A stretch of 64,000 bases of DNA, from the NCBI GenBank assembly GCA_951406725.2, contig OX597818.1, forward strand, positions 128,588,001-128,652,000. Direction: 5' to 3'. Below, piece by piece: positions 12,985-25,151 of this stretch (the stretch's first letter is position 1; every line of letters begins with the position of its first letter). The DNA comes from Octopus vulgaris. Taxonomy: Eukaryota. The notes under the pieces are model-generated. The model made no database searches, was not told the DNA's origin, and saw only the letters and a program-made list of their open reading frames with translations. The translations under genes were made by a program, and so were the position numbers.

Positions 12985-13150
12985 TACGACAGGCTTCTTT
13001 CAGTTTCCATCTACCAAATCCACTCACAAGGCATTGGTCGGCCCGGGGCTATAGCAGAAGACACTTGTCCAAGATGCCACGCAGTGGGACTGAACCCGGA
13101 ACCATGTGGTTGGTAAGCAAGCTACTTACCACACAGCCACTCCTGCACCT
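12719..13150 (-). mobile_element. SINE family A inserted inside a TTAA MITE (12603-13259)
   Basis: Full SINE sequence. The MITE resumes after 13150. Confidence 0.9.
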
Positions 13151-15433
13151 ATGTTTGTATATTTTTAGAATAACATTGTAGGGTAGGTGTGAGAAGTTGG
13201 ATCTGGTCATTTTAACATAAAACAGGTACAATATTTGGGCTGGATTAAAAGTTAAAGGGATACGAAATGTCAGGTATTATTTCTTGCAGTTTAAGCATCA
13301 ACATAGAGAGACTCTCATTGGTTAACGATATCAACTTTAGTGATGGTGATTCGTGTTAGTGCAACATAACATATCTTTGCCTACCACATCCTGACCTCTG
13401 TACTACATGTTAATGAAATGGTCATTGATAAGTCTCACTACCTGGTGTACGACTGACCAACACCTGTTGCGATGACATTTTAACAAATCTGCAAGAGATA
13501 CCACAGTGAGGTCATTCATGTTGTTAGAAATAGTAACCAAATCTCCCTCATCACATCCTACCATCTTAACTCTTTACCATTCAGATTACTCTGTTGATAG
13601 TAATGCTTAGTTATTCACATTGTTTTGAATTAATTGTGCGTTATCTTGTAGTTTCAAGATTTCAATGATGTGTTTGTTTATTTTCAAAATTACATTGTTG
13701 AGCAGGTGTGAGAGGCTGGATCTGATTAGTTTGAACATAAAACAGAATATCTTGGCTAGATATGGGCAGTTGAAATCCTGATGGGTTAAAAAAAAAAAAG
13801 GTGACTTTGTATAATGTAATTGCAAGTTCCTTGTACATAGGAAATAGATGGGATGTTTTCAGTATTGCTCTATCAAGCCTGTCCTAGGGCTAAACAACAA
13901 CAATGATGTATATTTCCCCCAAACCAACAGTTGATATTGATTTATTTTGTATTCCTCTTTGTATCATTTCTGGTAATGTTCAATGCCACATGAAGATGGA
14001 GCCAGATAACTTCAGCTGATGATGGTCTATGATGGTGATGATACTGAATCTGCTGGTTGCACAGCCCTACACTCTGTAAATTTAATTTAGAAAATAATCT
14101 CTGATAATAATGTGATATTAATGAGATTAAATAGTAAAAATGAATCCATTTTTTTTACCTTTTCTTTTTAATAACAAATAAAATAGGAAACTGAGAAAAA
14201 TAACCATTGAAAATATTCTGTTCAGCATCCTCTGCAGTTTTCCGTTTTGCTTCTCAAAAATGGATATTATTGAAAATAATATTGTAGCAGGGGAAGAAAG
14301 AAATAGTAAAATAGATTAATTAACTTAATTTTTTTGTATTTTTAATAATTCAGTGTTTCATAATATTTGATTCTCATTGCATGTTCTTAGGATTCTAACT
14401 CTCTTATTCATTCATATTCATGCTGTACACATCAGGACATGACTATTCAAGCACACTGACACATCTCCTTCAAATGCATACACACACACACACACACACA
14501 CACACAAGCTCTTCTTGTTAGCATACACTTATACTCATGCATGCATTATACCAATGAGTTAATGAATTGTTTTTCTTATCTCTATCTCAAAATAATCCTT
14601 TCACTGCTGAAAGGTTCCATTAATGTCAGCTTTCTTTTGTTTCTAATCTAGTGTTAGATTTCACATGATTGGCTCAATAAAGCAATATTAAAAGTACATA
14701 CTTTCGCTATTAAGAGTAAGGTGATTATGTTAACCTTCTGACATTAATAAAATATAAGAAACTTAGCAAATTTGATGGATGTCTTTTATGAAATATTAAA
14801 CTGTGATAGCTATATGATTTCTCTCTCTCTCTCTCTCTCTCTGTTGTTTAGCCTCAGATCATCCCCTGACTGAGTAGACCCTATGATCACAGGTGGCATT
14901 CTTGACCCTCTCTCTCTCTTTCGGAGAGGCACAAGCACCTACACTCACATATACACACACGGCAGTAACTTCCGCCTGCCGAATTCAATCACAAAGCTTC
15001 GGTCGGCTCGGGGCTATAGCATAAGACACCTACCCAAAGTGCCACGCAGTGGGACTGAACCCGAAACCATATAGCTAGGAAGCAAGCTCCCTAATCACAC
15101 AGCCATGCCCTGTCTTTTTTTTTTCAGGCATAGTTTATCAAATATGTCTTTCCTTTTTCTCTATTTTTTTTTTCAGGCATAGTTTATCAAATACATCCTT
15201 TAATTTGTTTTCTTTTTTTAAAGATGTTAGTGTGATATGCATGTGTTTTAACTGCTATTTCTAGTAATTCAATCACATATGTAGTCTAGAACTGCACTGT
15301 GAAGAGCTAAGAGTGGTTCCAATATTTTCTTGCTTCACGTGGATGTTTGGATGTTAGTTTTTCCTTCAAAGCTACCATTTATTCCAATATTCCAGTACTT
15401 TCCTATTAATTATTCGATTTGTTCCTTTTGTAG

Positions 15434-15466
15434 GCATTCAGTCCCTCCATTTGGCACCATGCAGAG
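15434..15466 (+). other. Candidate 33-nt 5' exon of the CCAR1-like gene, ending in ATG CAG AG
   Basis: Acceptor TTTGTTCCTTTTGTAG and donor GAG|GTAGGA. GC-richer non-repeat island. ATG at 15459 in a GCACCATG context is in frame with the 58708 exon if spliced directly. Confidence 0.5.
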
Positions 15467-16563
15467 GTAGGAACATTAGCAGACTGTTGCTGCTTCTCTT
15501 GTACTTTTTTCTTGCTTTTGAGAAGAGTTTTTTGTATTCTTCTAGAATACATTATATAACTCTTTTTTGTATTCTTCTAGAATACATTATATAATGTTGT
15601 TAAATAGTGAAGAGGGAGCAAATTTTGTAATTAATTCTCTACTACAGGAATGTTTCATTTGACAGTGTCATTCTGTAGTGAAAGGTTGACTTTATTGTTG
15701 TTTTTGAGTGAACTTTGTCATATTTCCTTAACCCCTTAGCATTCAAACTGGCCATATCCAGCCAAAATATTTAACCTGTTATATATTGAAACTGACCAGA
15801 GCTTGCCCCTCACCTCAGCCCTACCATGTCATTCTAAAACTAAAAAATAGCATCACTGAAATCTCTAAATTACAAGATAATGCATGATTAATTCAAAACA
15901 ATATAAATAAACAAACATCACATTTGACAGAATAATCTGAACACTAAAGGGTTAAACAGGTAGCCAATCAAATATTTAGAAGTAGCTCCCTCTATCAAGT
16001 TTATACCATTCAATGTAACATATATACCTGCATGTATTGCAGTGTCATATAGCCAGGGATTATTTAAGTTATTTTGCAGGTCAAGCTGTTTATATTTAGT
16101 CGAAAACTATTGGTGGTTACCAAGATGAAAGCAAATGAATTTAATGCCTTCGTGGTTGTTTTGGTTCTTTGAGATCCACAGAAGGTGGTTGGTGACTCAA
16201 TCAGTTTTGGCTAGCACTTGATCTACACACTTTCTCTAACTGCTCAGTCTTGCAACCAAATTTCATGCTCCCACTGTTTTTCAGGTATAAACTTCGATCT
16301 TTTAAGATCTAACTTGTATGTCATTATTCTCACAATGAAAACAGAATGCTAATAACTAGTTTTCTTACTGACATGAATATGATGTGCAGATATGACATAT
16401 ACTCAACTGTTGAATAGTTCTTATTCTGTGAATAAGTACTGGGTGTTTGTATCAGTAAATATGCTTGATGCAAGATGGTGCTGCAGTTATCTCGAAAAGT
16501 TATTACATGATGATCAGGTTTGATTTACATTGCTTGATGGGTATATATATATATATATATATA

Positions 16564-16806
16564 TCATCATCATCATACGTCTGTTTTCCATGCTAGCATG
16601 GGTTGGACGGTTCAACTGGGGTCTGGGAAGCCAGAAGGCTGCGCCAGGCCCAGTCTGATCTGGCAGTATTTCTACAGCTGGATGCCCTTCCTAACGCTAA
16701 CCACCCCGTGAGTGTAGTGGGTGCTTTTTACGTGCCACCTGCACAGGTGCCAGACGAGGCTGGCAAACGGCCACGATCGGATGGTGCTTTTTACGTGCCA
16801 CCGGCA
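16564..16806 (-). mobile_element. RTE LINE 3' UTR fragment (family D) next to (TA)n
   Basis: Family D consensus motifs and (CAT)n tail. Confidence 0.8.
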
Positions 16807-16975
16807 CTATATATGTATAAGAAAAGTTGGGTATAAATACCCCTTGCTAAAAATCAAAGCCACAGCTTGAAAAAACCACCATAAATATTACGATAAAGAT
16901 ACGCACAAGCAATGCAATGAATATTTAAAAAAATAGGCTTACCTCTGAATGGAATACAAAGATAATTAGTACATA

Positions 16976-17037
16976 TTTCAACACCAATTGATTTCTCGCT
17001 CTGCATGATAAACATGCTTTGCAATCTTCAGTTGAAA
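16976..17037 (-). ncRNA. Type I hammerhead motif, family 2 (core intact, N17=G)
   Basis: TTTCAA-CTGAAGA-TTGC(AAA GCATG TTTAT CATGC AGA)GCGA-GAAA-T CAATTG G-T-G-TTGAAA. 6-bp stem I and palindromic stem III loop. Confidence 0.7.
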
Positions 17038-17374
17038 ACAGCATTTAACTTCTATTTCTAAAATATTCACTAAGTCAACTCGCGTGTATCTTTATCGTAA
17101 TATTTATGGTGGTTTTTTTTCAAGCTTTGGCTTTGATTTTTAGCAAGGGGTATTTATACCCTACTTTTCTTAAATGACTTTATATTATACCTGTAAAGGT
17201 AGAAACTTGCTGGCCACCTCATTATTACTGTATATAACAGTAATAATTCTACTTTACTTTATTTAAATTTTTATTGTTTACCATAGTTTCTTTTAAACGG
17301 AGCAGGACGTTTAAAGTTAGAAACACAAACAAGATGACATAGTGAATATTTTAGAAATAGAAATTAAATGCTGT

Positions 17375-17436
17375 TTTCAACTGAAAACTGCAAAGCATGT
17401 TTATCGTTCAAAGCGTGAAATCAATTGGTATTGAAA
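17375..17436 (+). ncRNA. Type I hammerhead motif, family 2 (core G8>A, GUA triplet)
   Basis: TTTCAA-CTGAAAA-CTGC...GCGT-GAAA-TCAATTGG-TA-TTGAAA. Confidence 0.6.
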
Positions 17437-17718
17437 TATGTGTTACTTACCTTTGTATTCCATTCAGAGGTAAGCCTATTTTTTAAAATATTCATTGCAT
17501 TGCTTGTGTGTATTTTTATCGTAATATTTATGGTGGTTTTTTGAAGCTGTCGCTTTGATTTTTAGCAAGTGGTATTTATACCCTACTTTTCTTAAATTAC
17601 TTTATTACTTTATTTTATACCTGTAGAAGTAGAAACTTGCTGGCCACCTCATTATTACTGTATATAACAGTAATAATACTACTTTACTTTATATATATAT
17701 ATATTCTCTTTCTCTTTT

Positions 17719-17924
17719 CTCTTTTACTTGTTTCAGTCATTTGACTGCGGCCATGCTGGAGCACCGCCTTTTAGTCGAGCAAATCGACCCTGGGACTTAT
17801 TCTTTGTAAGCCCAGTACTTATTCTATCGGTCTCTTTTGCTGAACCGCTAAGTGACGGGGATGTAAACACACCAGCATCGGTTGTCAAGCAATGCTAGGG
17901 GGACAAACAGACACACAAACACAT

Positions 17925-17955
<31 letters not shown>

Positions 17956-18121
17956 CATATATACGACAGGCTTCTTTCAGTTTCCGTCTACCAAATCCAC
18001 TCACAAGGCATTGGTCGGCCCGGGGCTATAGCAGAAGACACTTGCCCAAGATGCCACGCAGTGGGACTGAACCTGGAACCATGTGGTTGGTTAGCAAGCT
18101 ACTTACCTCACAGCCACTCCT
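17719..18121 (-). mobile_element. SINE family A
   Basis: Near-identical to the other family A copies. Confidence 0.9.
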
Positions 18122-18292
18122 ATATATTATCATCAGCAACAGTTAATGTCTTTTGTCCAACCTGGCATGGGTTGGACGGTTTGACCAGGATTGGTAAGCT
18201 GAGGGGATGCACCAGACTCCAGTCTGATTTGGCATGGTTTCCATGGTTGGATGCCATTTCTAGTGCCGACCAGAGTGTAATGGGTGCTTTTA

Positions 18293-18328
<36 letters not shown>

Positions 18329-19664
18329 ATACTGAAAAATCCCTGGCTTTGGGTAAAAGAAAATACAGAGGATCAGTTCAATTATGATTTTATTTAACAC
18401 ATTCCCCTCTCAGATTCACACAATTATTGCAGTGGTCCTTTAGTTTTCTAAGCCCTGTAAAAGAGATCAGAAGGTTGGGCTACCAACCAGGCCTTTCTTG
18501 ATACTCTTAAAGCCAGAACTTTCCAGTTATATATATATATATATGATATACTCCAGCATCCAGCCTATCCCATTGTATTATATATATATATATATAATAC
18601 AATGAGTATTATAATTGACAAATGTTGTAATTATCTAACTTGTTTGTAAGTGCTCCAGTTTCTTTAAACTGTCGATTTTTTAAAAATCTAGATTATGCTA
18701 ATAACTTAGTGATAATTACTGATAACTACATATCCAATTAACTGTTGAATGCCTCATTGTGTACAAGTTACGTGGTTTAAAAATCAACATCACTAAGGTA
18801 GAAATTGTATCTTGATGTATTCTTATATCTGCAACACCAGCTTTGATCTAGATCAGTGCTCTGCAGGTTTTTTTTTCACTTGCAGTACACCTACATTCTT
18901 TGTGAGGAATGTTAAATGAGAGCAATGAACTTGGGCAAGCTTGAAATATTTTTGGATTTTGAGCCAAACTCACTATCAGATTGCTTCTAGCTTCAACAAC
19001 TCTCTTGAACAAGAGTTGTTGGTTTGGTCTGCACTCCAGTGTCAAATGTCGTTGTAGCTGTGTCAGAACATCTCCCAGAATGGCATAAACAGTTAGCCGG
19101 AGAGCTGAAAATGTGGATAAGCATGATCTGGTTGGATCTTGAATTGATATATAGTCCTCGCTTCAGTGTCTGTTATTGGAATTTCAGCTGGTTGATGATC
19201 TCATGTCAGATACTTGTGATCACCAGGTATGGTTGAATTATGTTGATTCACTAATTGGTGCCAGCTGAATTCATCTTAAGTGAATACTGTCAAAAATACA
19301 AATAAAATTTTAATTGTTGACATCTGCTTTGTAAATAATATTTAAAAAATTTCATTGTTTAGTCTTTGTAAAGAATATTTAAAGTGTTTCATTTGCTAAA
19401 AGTTTTGCTATAACTTGTTTTACAAGATATATTTTTGTGGCTTAGGATCATTCATCCATTTAAATTGCTGAAATTTAACCAGAAAAGTCACCTGTCTAAT
19501 AGGCAAACCTTTATTCCAAATAGGTGTTTAATCTTTCTGGGCTCATTGACAAATTGTTTTTTTTTCTTCTATATTACTTCTATTGATGCTAACAGCAATA
19601 GCTTCTCTGAATCTTTTCTATTTCTGTATCCACTTCATTGTATCCCATAAGGAATATTTAATTT

Positions 19665-20600
19665 CATCATGATTTAATGTCTATTGTCCATGCTGGCATG
19701 GGTTGGACGGTTTGACTGGGCTGGATGCCCTTCTTAATGCCAACCACTCCAAGAGTGTAATGGGTGTTTTTACATGCCACCAGCATGGGTGCCATTTGTG
19801 TGACACTGGTATCTGCCATGATTGCAATTTTGCTCGGCTTGATGGGTCTTTTTCTCAAGCATGACATAATGCCAAAGGTTTCAGTCAGTGCCTCCATAAG
19901 GCCCAACACTCAAAAGGAGCTCAGCCACTATGCCTCCATGAGGCCCAACACTCAGAAGGAACTCAGCCACTTGCCTCCATTAGGCCCAATGCTCGAAAGG
20001 AGCGTGACCACTATGCCTCCATGAGGCCCAACACTTTGAAATAAACTCAGCCATTTTGCCTCCATGAGGCCCAAATTTCAAGGTGGATTTTCTTATGTTC
20101 CACCAGCACAGGTTCACCTGGCTTGATGGGTCCTCTTAAGCAGAGCACATCGCCAAAGGTCTCAATCACTAGTCATTGCCTCTGTGAGGTTCAAAGTTCA
20201 AAGATCATGCTTCACCACTTCATCCCATGTCTTCCTGGGACTACTTCTACCACAGGTTCCCTCCACAGCTGTCCTCGTCCATACGCATCACATGGCCATA
20301 CCAGTGCAGTCACCTCTCTTGCACACTACATCTGATTCCTCTTATGCCTAACTTTTCTCTCAAGATGCTTACACTCTGTCGAACATGTACACTGACATTG
20401 CACATCCAACAAAGCATACTGGCTTCATTTCTTTCAAGCTTACGCATGTCCTCAACTATTAAAGCCCATGTTTCACTGCCATGCAGCATAGCCTGTTCAC
20501 ACACAGGCATCAAACAATCTGCCTTTCATTCTGAGAGAGAGGCCCTTTGTTGCCAACAGGGATAGGAGCTCTCTGAACTTTGCCTGACCTTATCTTATTC
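19665..20600 (-). mobile_element. 5'-truncated RTE-clade LINE (ORF2 C-terminal region plus 3' UTR) with a ~42-bp tandem expansion at 19889-20075
   Basis: ORF 20310-20513 reads AMLHGSETWAL..DMRKLERNEASMLCWMCNVS..LREKLGIRGIRCSVQER, followed by LHWYGHVMR. This is typical of the RTE post-RT region and continues into the family D UTR. Confidence 0.85.
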
Positions 20601-21710
20601 TCATATCTAAGCTCTCCATTGTCTTAACTTCTTAATTCAAATCCCTCTATAATTGATAAAATAGGTACCAGTTGTATAATGATGCTGGTCTCATAGTTTT
20701 CTTCCAAACAACTTATTCTGGAGAGGTGGGCACAGTGACTGTTGTTGTTACCTATTTATCTCTCAATAACTAATAGATCTGGGACATATTTCCAACTACA
20801 GAATTAACTGCTTTGCCCAGAGATCGTTTGGAATATATGCATTGGATGTGAACTTAGTCTCTCTGAGTTGCTAGTAAAATGAAAATATTGTAAATGTCTC
20901 TGAAACCTTGAAGACACAAAACATTTGCAGTAGATTTGAACTTACAAATATGTTAATACAAATGTGTCAGTGAAATGTAGTGACTATGACCTAAAATCAT
21001 AAATGGGTCAGAAAATTAATTCACTGTCAATTTACACCTGTCAAGTTACTCTTGCATGATAACATCGTTATTCTTTTCAAATTAACTTTTTCTTGCTTAC
21101 ATGGATCTGGCAGAGTTTAAGGTAAAATTTTCTACAGCCAGATGCCCTTCTTGTAACCAATTCCCACCCATTTCCAAGCAAGGTAATGTTACCCCATGGC
21201 TGGACATGTTTCCACTGAAGATTGGAAACTGATAATACCACTTCAATGGAAGTGACACTCATTTACAACTATCATGCAGTATTAAAACAAGGAGACACTA
21301 ACAAGGACACACATATTCATGTGTATAAATGTATGTATGCATACAATAGGTTTTTTTAAAGTTTCTGTCTACCAAATCCATACACAAAGTGCCACACAGT
21401 GGGATTGAACCCAAAACCATGTGTTTAGGAAATGAGTTTCTTAACCACAGAGCTATGCCTGTATCTATAACAATAGTAATCATAATAATAACAGTAACAA
21501 CAATATCAATGTTTAGTTTTAAATTAATCACAAGATCAGAAGTGTAACCCTTTAGTGTTTAAACTGGCCTTATCCAACCCAAAATGTTCCACTTGTTTTA
21601 TGTTCAAACTGACCAGATCAGGCCTTTCTCACTTACCCAACAATTTCATAAATAATCACATCATTGAAATCTCAAAGTTATGAGATAATGCTTGATTAAT
21701 TCAAAACAAT

Positions 21711-21952
21711 ATCATCATCATCGTTTAACATCCGCTTTCCATGCTAGCATGTGTTGGACAGTTCAACTGGGGTCTGGGAAGCCAGAAGGTTGCACCAGGC
21801 CCAGTCTGATCTGGCAGTGTTTCTACAGCTGGATGCCCTTCCTAATGCCAACCACTCCGTGAGTGTAGTGGGTGCTTTTTACATGCCACCGGCATAGAGA
21901 CCAGACGAAGCTGGCAACAGCCATGGTCTGATGGTGCTTTTTACATGCCACC
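21711..21952 (-). mobile_element. Family D RTE 3' UTR inserted in a TTAA MITE (21544-22001)
   Basis: MITE halves flank a (CAT)n-tailed family D fragment. Confidence 0.8.
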
Positions 21953-22669
21953 ATGAATAAGTATTACAATTGACAGAGTAACCTGAATGCTAAAGAGTTA
22001 AGGAGTAGAAATAGTTGATTATATAGATCCCAATACTTGACTGAAACTTTATTTTATCAACCGTAAAAGAATGAAAGACCATGTTGACCCTGACTTGAGA
22101 GATGAAGAGTACTTGTACTCAGACCATAAAGAGCCAAAGCAAAATACCATAAGGCATTTTGTCTGCTGTGGTAATGATTCTGTCAATCCATTAATAATAA
22201 TTACATGAGTGAAAGCTGAAGGCAGTCAAGCCATAAGACTACTGGATACATTTTTCATGTTATGTCACTAGCACTGTGCTATGCTTTGTCTGTGGTTGAT
22301 CTAATATTGATAGGTATTTTTTGGATAATTGTTAGCTTCAATTTCTTCCTTGGGTATACCACTTTTTTCCAAAAGGTGAGTTGACCATTGACCTAGAGAT
22401 TTTCCCACCTTACACCATTTAATAAACATGCTACATTAACCAAACACATGAGACATATGTCCAATTGGATGAGTCTTAAGGTCTGTTATGATAAGGGTAA
22501 AGTTGATTGAATTGCGTACAATGCATCATTGGTGCTGTTTTATCAACATCCCCCGATGGCCGAAAGTAGAGTAGGATTAGAGATAAAAGAATTCTACAGA
22601 CAAAACTAAATGTAATTCATTTAGCTTCACCCTCTTCCACTTCTTTTATTTCACTGCCTTCACAAGATG

Positions 22670-22955
22670 ATAGTAAGAACTATTATAATATGTCCAAATA
22701 AAAAAACTGGAACAAAATTAACAACATATTGATAGACATCTTGACCCCCTTCTGAAAAGAAGAGGAGAAATCAGAATAAGATTTTGGAATTTAAATAAAC
22801 AAGATGTGAGGCATTAAAGTAAAGACAGTACCAATAATAATTTCCAACTACAGAATTAACTGCTTTGCCCAGAGATCAACAGAGCTAAGTCCAATACCAT
22901 ACAAACTTTGGTGGGGCTTGCAACATTACACATCCTCTCAAAAGTGGCTCTACCA
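22670..22955 (+). mobile_element. Very degenerate RLE-type (R4/Dong-like) LINE C-terminus
   Basis: Fragmentary translation LIDILTP..EK..EEK...INKM*GIKVKTVPIII resembles the end of a restriction-like endonuclease domain. Many stops and shifts. Confidence 0.35.
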
Positions 22956-23903
22956 ATGACAAAAGACATCCTACATGAAACACTTTAAAAACAATAGCAC
23001 CACTTAAACAGTACACTTATTGCTCACAACATGCTCTCTAGATAATCACCATCCAATAAAATAACACAACACATACTCTTGCAAAGTTGACACCTAACAC
23101 TGTAACACCAACAACTCACACTTTTCACATCTGCAGCTCATTAATGCTACACAGCATATAATTCATACTAAAATCTGACGCTAAAACAAATAGTAACACC
23201 AGCCTCATGGCTCATGCAAAACACAAGCACTGCCTTAGAAAATATCATGACCAATACTGTGCATGCTGCACACAACAGACAAAATACTAAAATAATACCA
23301 GAAACAATGAACCATACTCCACAACAAAGAGAAGCTGATGGAGTATACAAACTCCGGTCCCTTTTCCCAGAAAATAGCATGGAACTGACTGGGTGGTGGA
23401 CTAGGGACCTGCATAAAACTGCTGAAAACTTAATAAAAAGAAGCACAATCTCTGTACTATTAAGTGCATTGGAAATGATAAAAATATCATGCAGACACAG
23501 CCAAAACTGCAGTATTTACAAATATGCACAACATGCTGAAAGTAGTACTTCTAGGCACCACACACATTGTGTCAAGTACTGTTAACCCTTTAGTGTTCAA
23601 ATTATTGTGTCAAATGTGATGTTTGTTTATTTAAAATGGTTTGAATTAATCATGCATTATCTTGTAGTTTAGAGATTTCAGTGATGTGATTTTTTAGTTT
23701 TAGAATGACATGGTGGGGCTGAGGTGAGAGGTGAGATCTGGTCAGTTTCAATATAAAACAGGTTAAATATTCTGGCCAGATATGGCCGGTTTGAATGCTA
23801 AAGGGTTAATACACTAAAAAATATACACTGAACCAAAATGGTGCGCATCTCCAAGGCCCACAGAATTGTGACTGAGGAATAATTATAATTTCTTACGTAA
23901 GAG

Positions 23904-24220
23904 AAGGTGCATGGCTCAGTGGTTAGAGCATCAAGCTTACGATTGTGAGGTTGTGAGCTCGAATCGCGGACCAGGCTGCGTGTTGTGTTCTTGAGCAAGA
24001 CACTTTATTTCACGTTGCTCCAGTTCACTCAGCTGTAGAAATGAGTTGCGATGTCACTGGTGCCAAGCTGTATCGGCTGTTGCCTTTTCCTTGGATAATA
24101 CTGGTGGTGTGGAGAGAGGAGGCCGGTATGCATGGGCGACCTTGCCCAGACTTGTACCTGGGAGGGTAACATTCTAGGTGCAATCCCATGGTCTTTGTCG
24201 TGACTGAAGGAGGTCTCAGA
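23904..24220 (+). mobile_element. tRNA-derived CORE-like SINE, family C
   Basis: TGGCTCAGTGGTTAGAGC A box, GCTCGAATC B-box-like, TGTGTTCTTGAGCAAGACACTTT CORE-like. TAAGAGAAGG on both sides. Confidence 0.85.
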
Positions 24221-24755
24221 CATAAGAGAAGGAACAGTTGATTACATCACTCCCAGAACTTGACTGAATAATTATGCTCTGCAATTTTTAGGAGAGATGG
24301 TTGGTTAGGCAAAGTTGACTTCTGCAGGATTTGAACTCAGAATGTAAAGAGCCAAACGAAATGCTGCAAGACATCTTTTTTTTTGTTTTTGTTTTTTTGA
24401 CACTTATGAGTCTGCCCCTATCAACTGCCATAATAATTTCGCTATTGGTTGTTTTTTTAAAGGGGATATTTGTAATTTTAGCTTTCACGGAGGGTTTAAT
24501 TTTCTGTCCTAATTTGTTTTTGTGTTAAGTGATTCCAGAAATGAATTAAACAAAATTTTTTTAGGTTAAAGATGGAAAAAAAATTAACTGGAAATACACG
24601 TGGCCTTAATTTGCTGTGTTAACCACCCCCAATTTTTTTACTACCTTCTTACTGTTTTATTTCATTCATCTTTTCCCCCATGCACACATAAGAGCACACA
24701 CTTTACTACACTCTTATGTGTACCACACACACACATACACACACACTTGTGTATA

Positions 24756-25151
24756 TCTTTATATATAAAAGTCAAGTTGTGTGTCTGTCTCCTATGATTT
24801 AGATTCCTAACTACTCCCACATTTTGCGGTGCAGTTTAACCAAAACTGGGTATCTTATAGTCGTGATTCATATCGAGCCCTTCTGGATATTAGCGCGCGT
24901 CAACGATGAGTCTACGATTTTAAAAATAATTTACCATTTTTTTTTCATTTTAATGCATTTTTTTCGCTATTATATAAGGGAAGTAACTCTCTAAAAATGT
25001 CTACGATGAGTCAACGAAATTTTAAAAAAATTACCATAATTTTTTTTCCATTTTTAGTGCATTTTTTGCTATTTTTTGGCTATAACACTCTAAAAATGCT
25101 TATATTGTTATTTCCCTTACAAACCCGAGCAACGCCAGGCGATACTGCTAG
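24756..25151 (+). mobile_element. Non-autonomous Helitron (2 internal ~99-bp units)
   Basis: A|TC 5' end (TCTTTATATATAAAAG), subterminal hairpin CCCGAGCAACGCCAGG, CTAG|T 3' end, no TSD. Confidence 0.85.

Larger units (their letters stand above)
16818..17690. mobile_element. ORF-less hammerhead-containing repeat: inverted arm plus partial tandem of a ~425-430-bp unit (retrozyme or Penelope pLTR-like)
   Basis: 16818-17077 is the reverse complement of 17335-17594. 17082-17260 repeats directly at about 17507-17690. TA runs on both flanks. Confidence 0.75.

Noticed and set aside
18571-18604. Perfect 34-bp palindrome
   Set aside because: It is mostly self-complementary (TA)n with only about 8 unique bp per arm.
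18885-19227. Possible 343-nt exon bounded by TTGCAG and CAG|GTATGG
   Set aside because: No through-going reading frame. Part of the minus strand weakly resembles a decayed CR1/L2 end, and nothing else supports it.
19889-20075. Repeat-spacer appearance (GCCTCCATGAGGCCCAA units) resembling a CRISPR array
   Set aside because: The intervening parts are also homologous, so it is a ~42-bp minisatellite inside a LINE. The context is eukaryotic with no cas genes.
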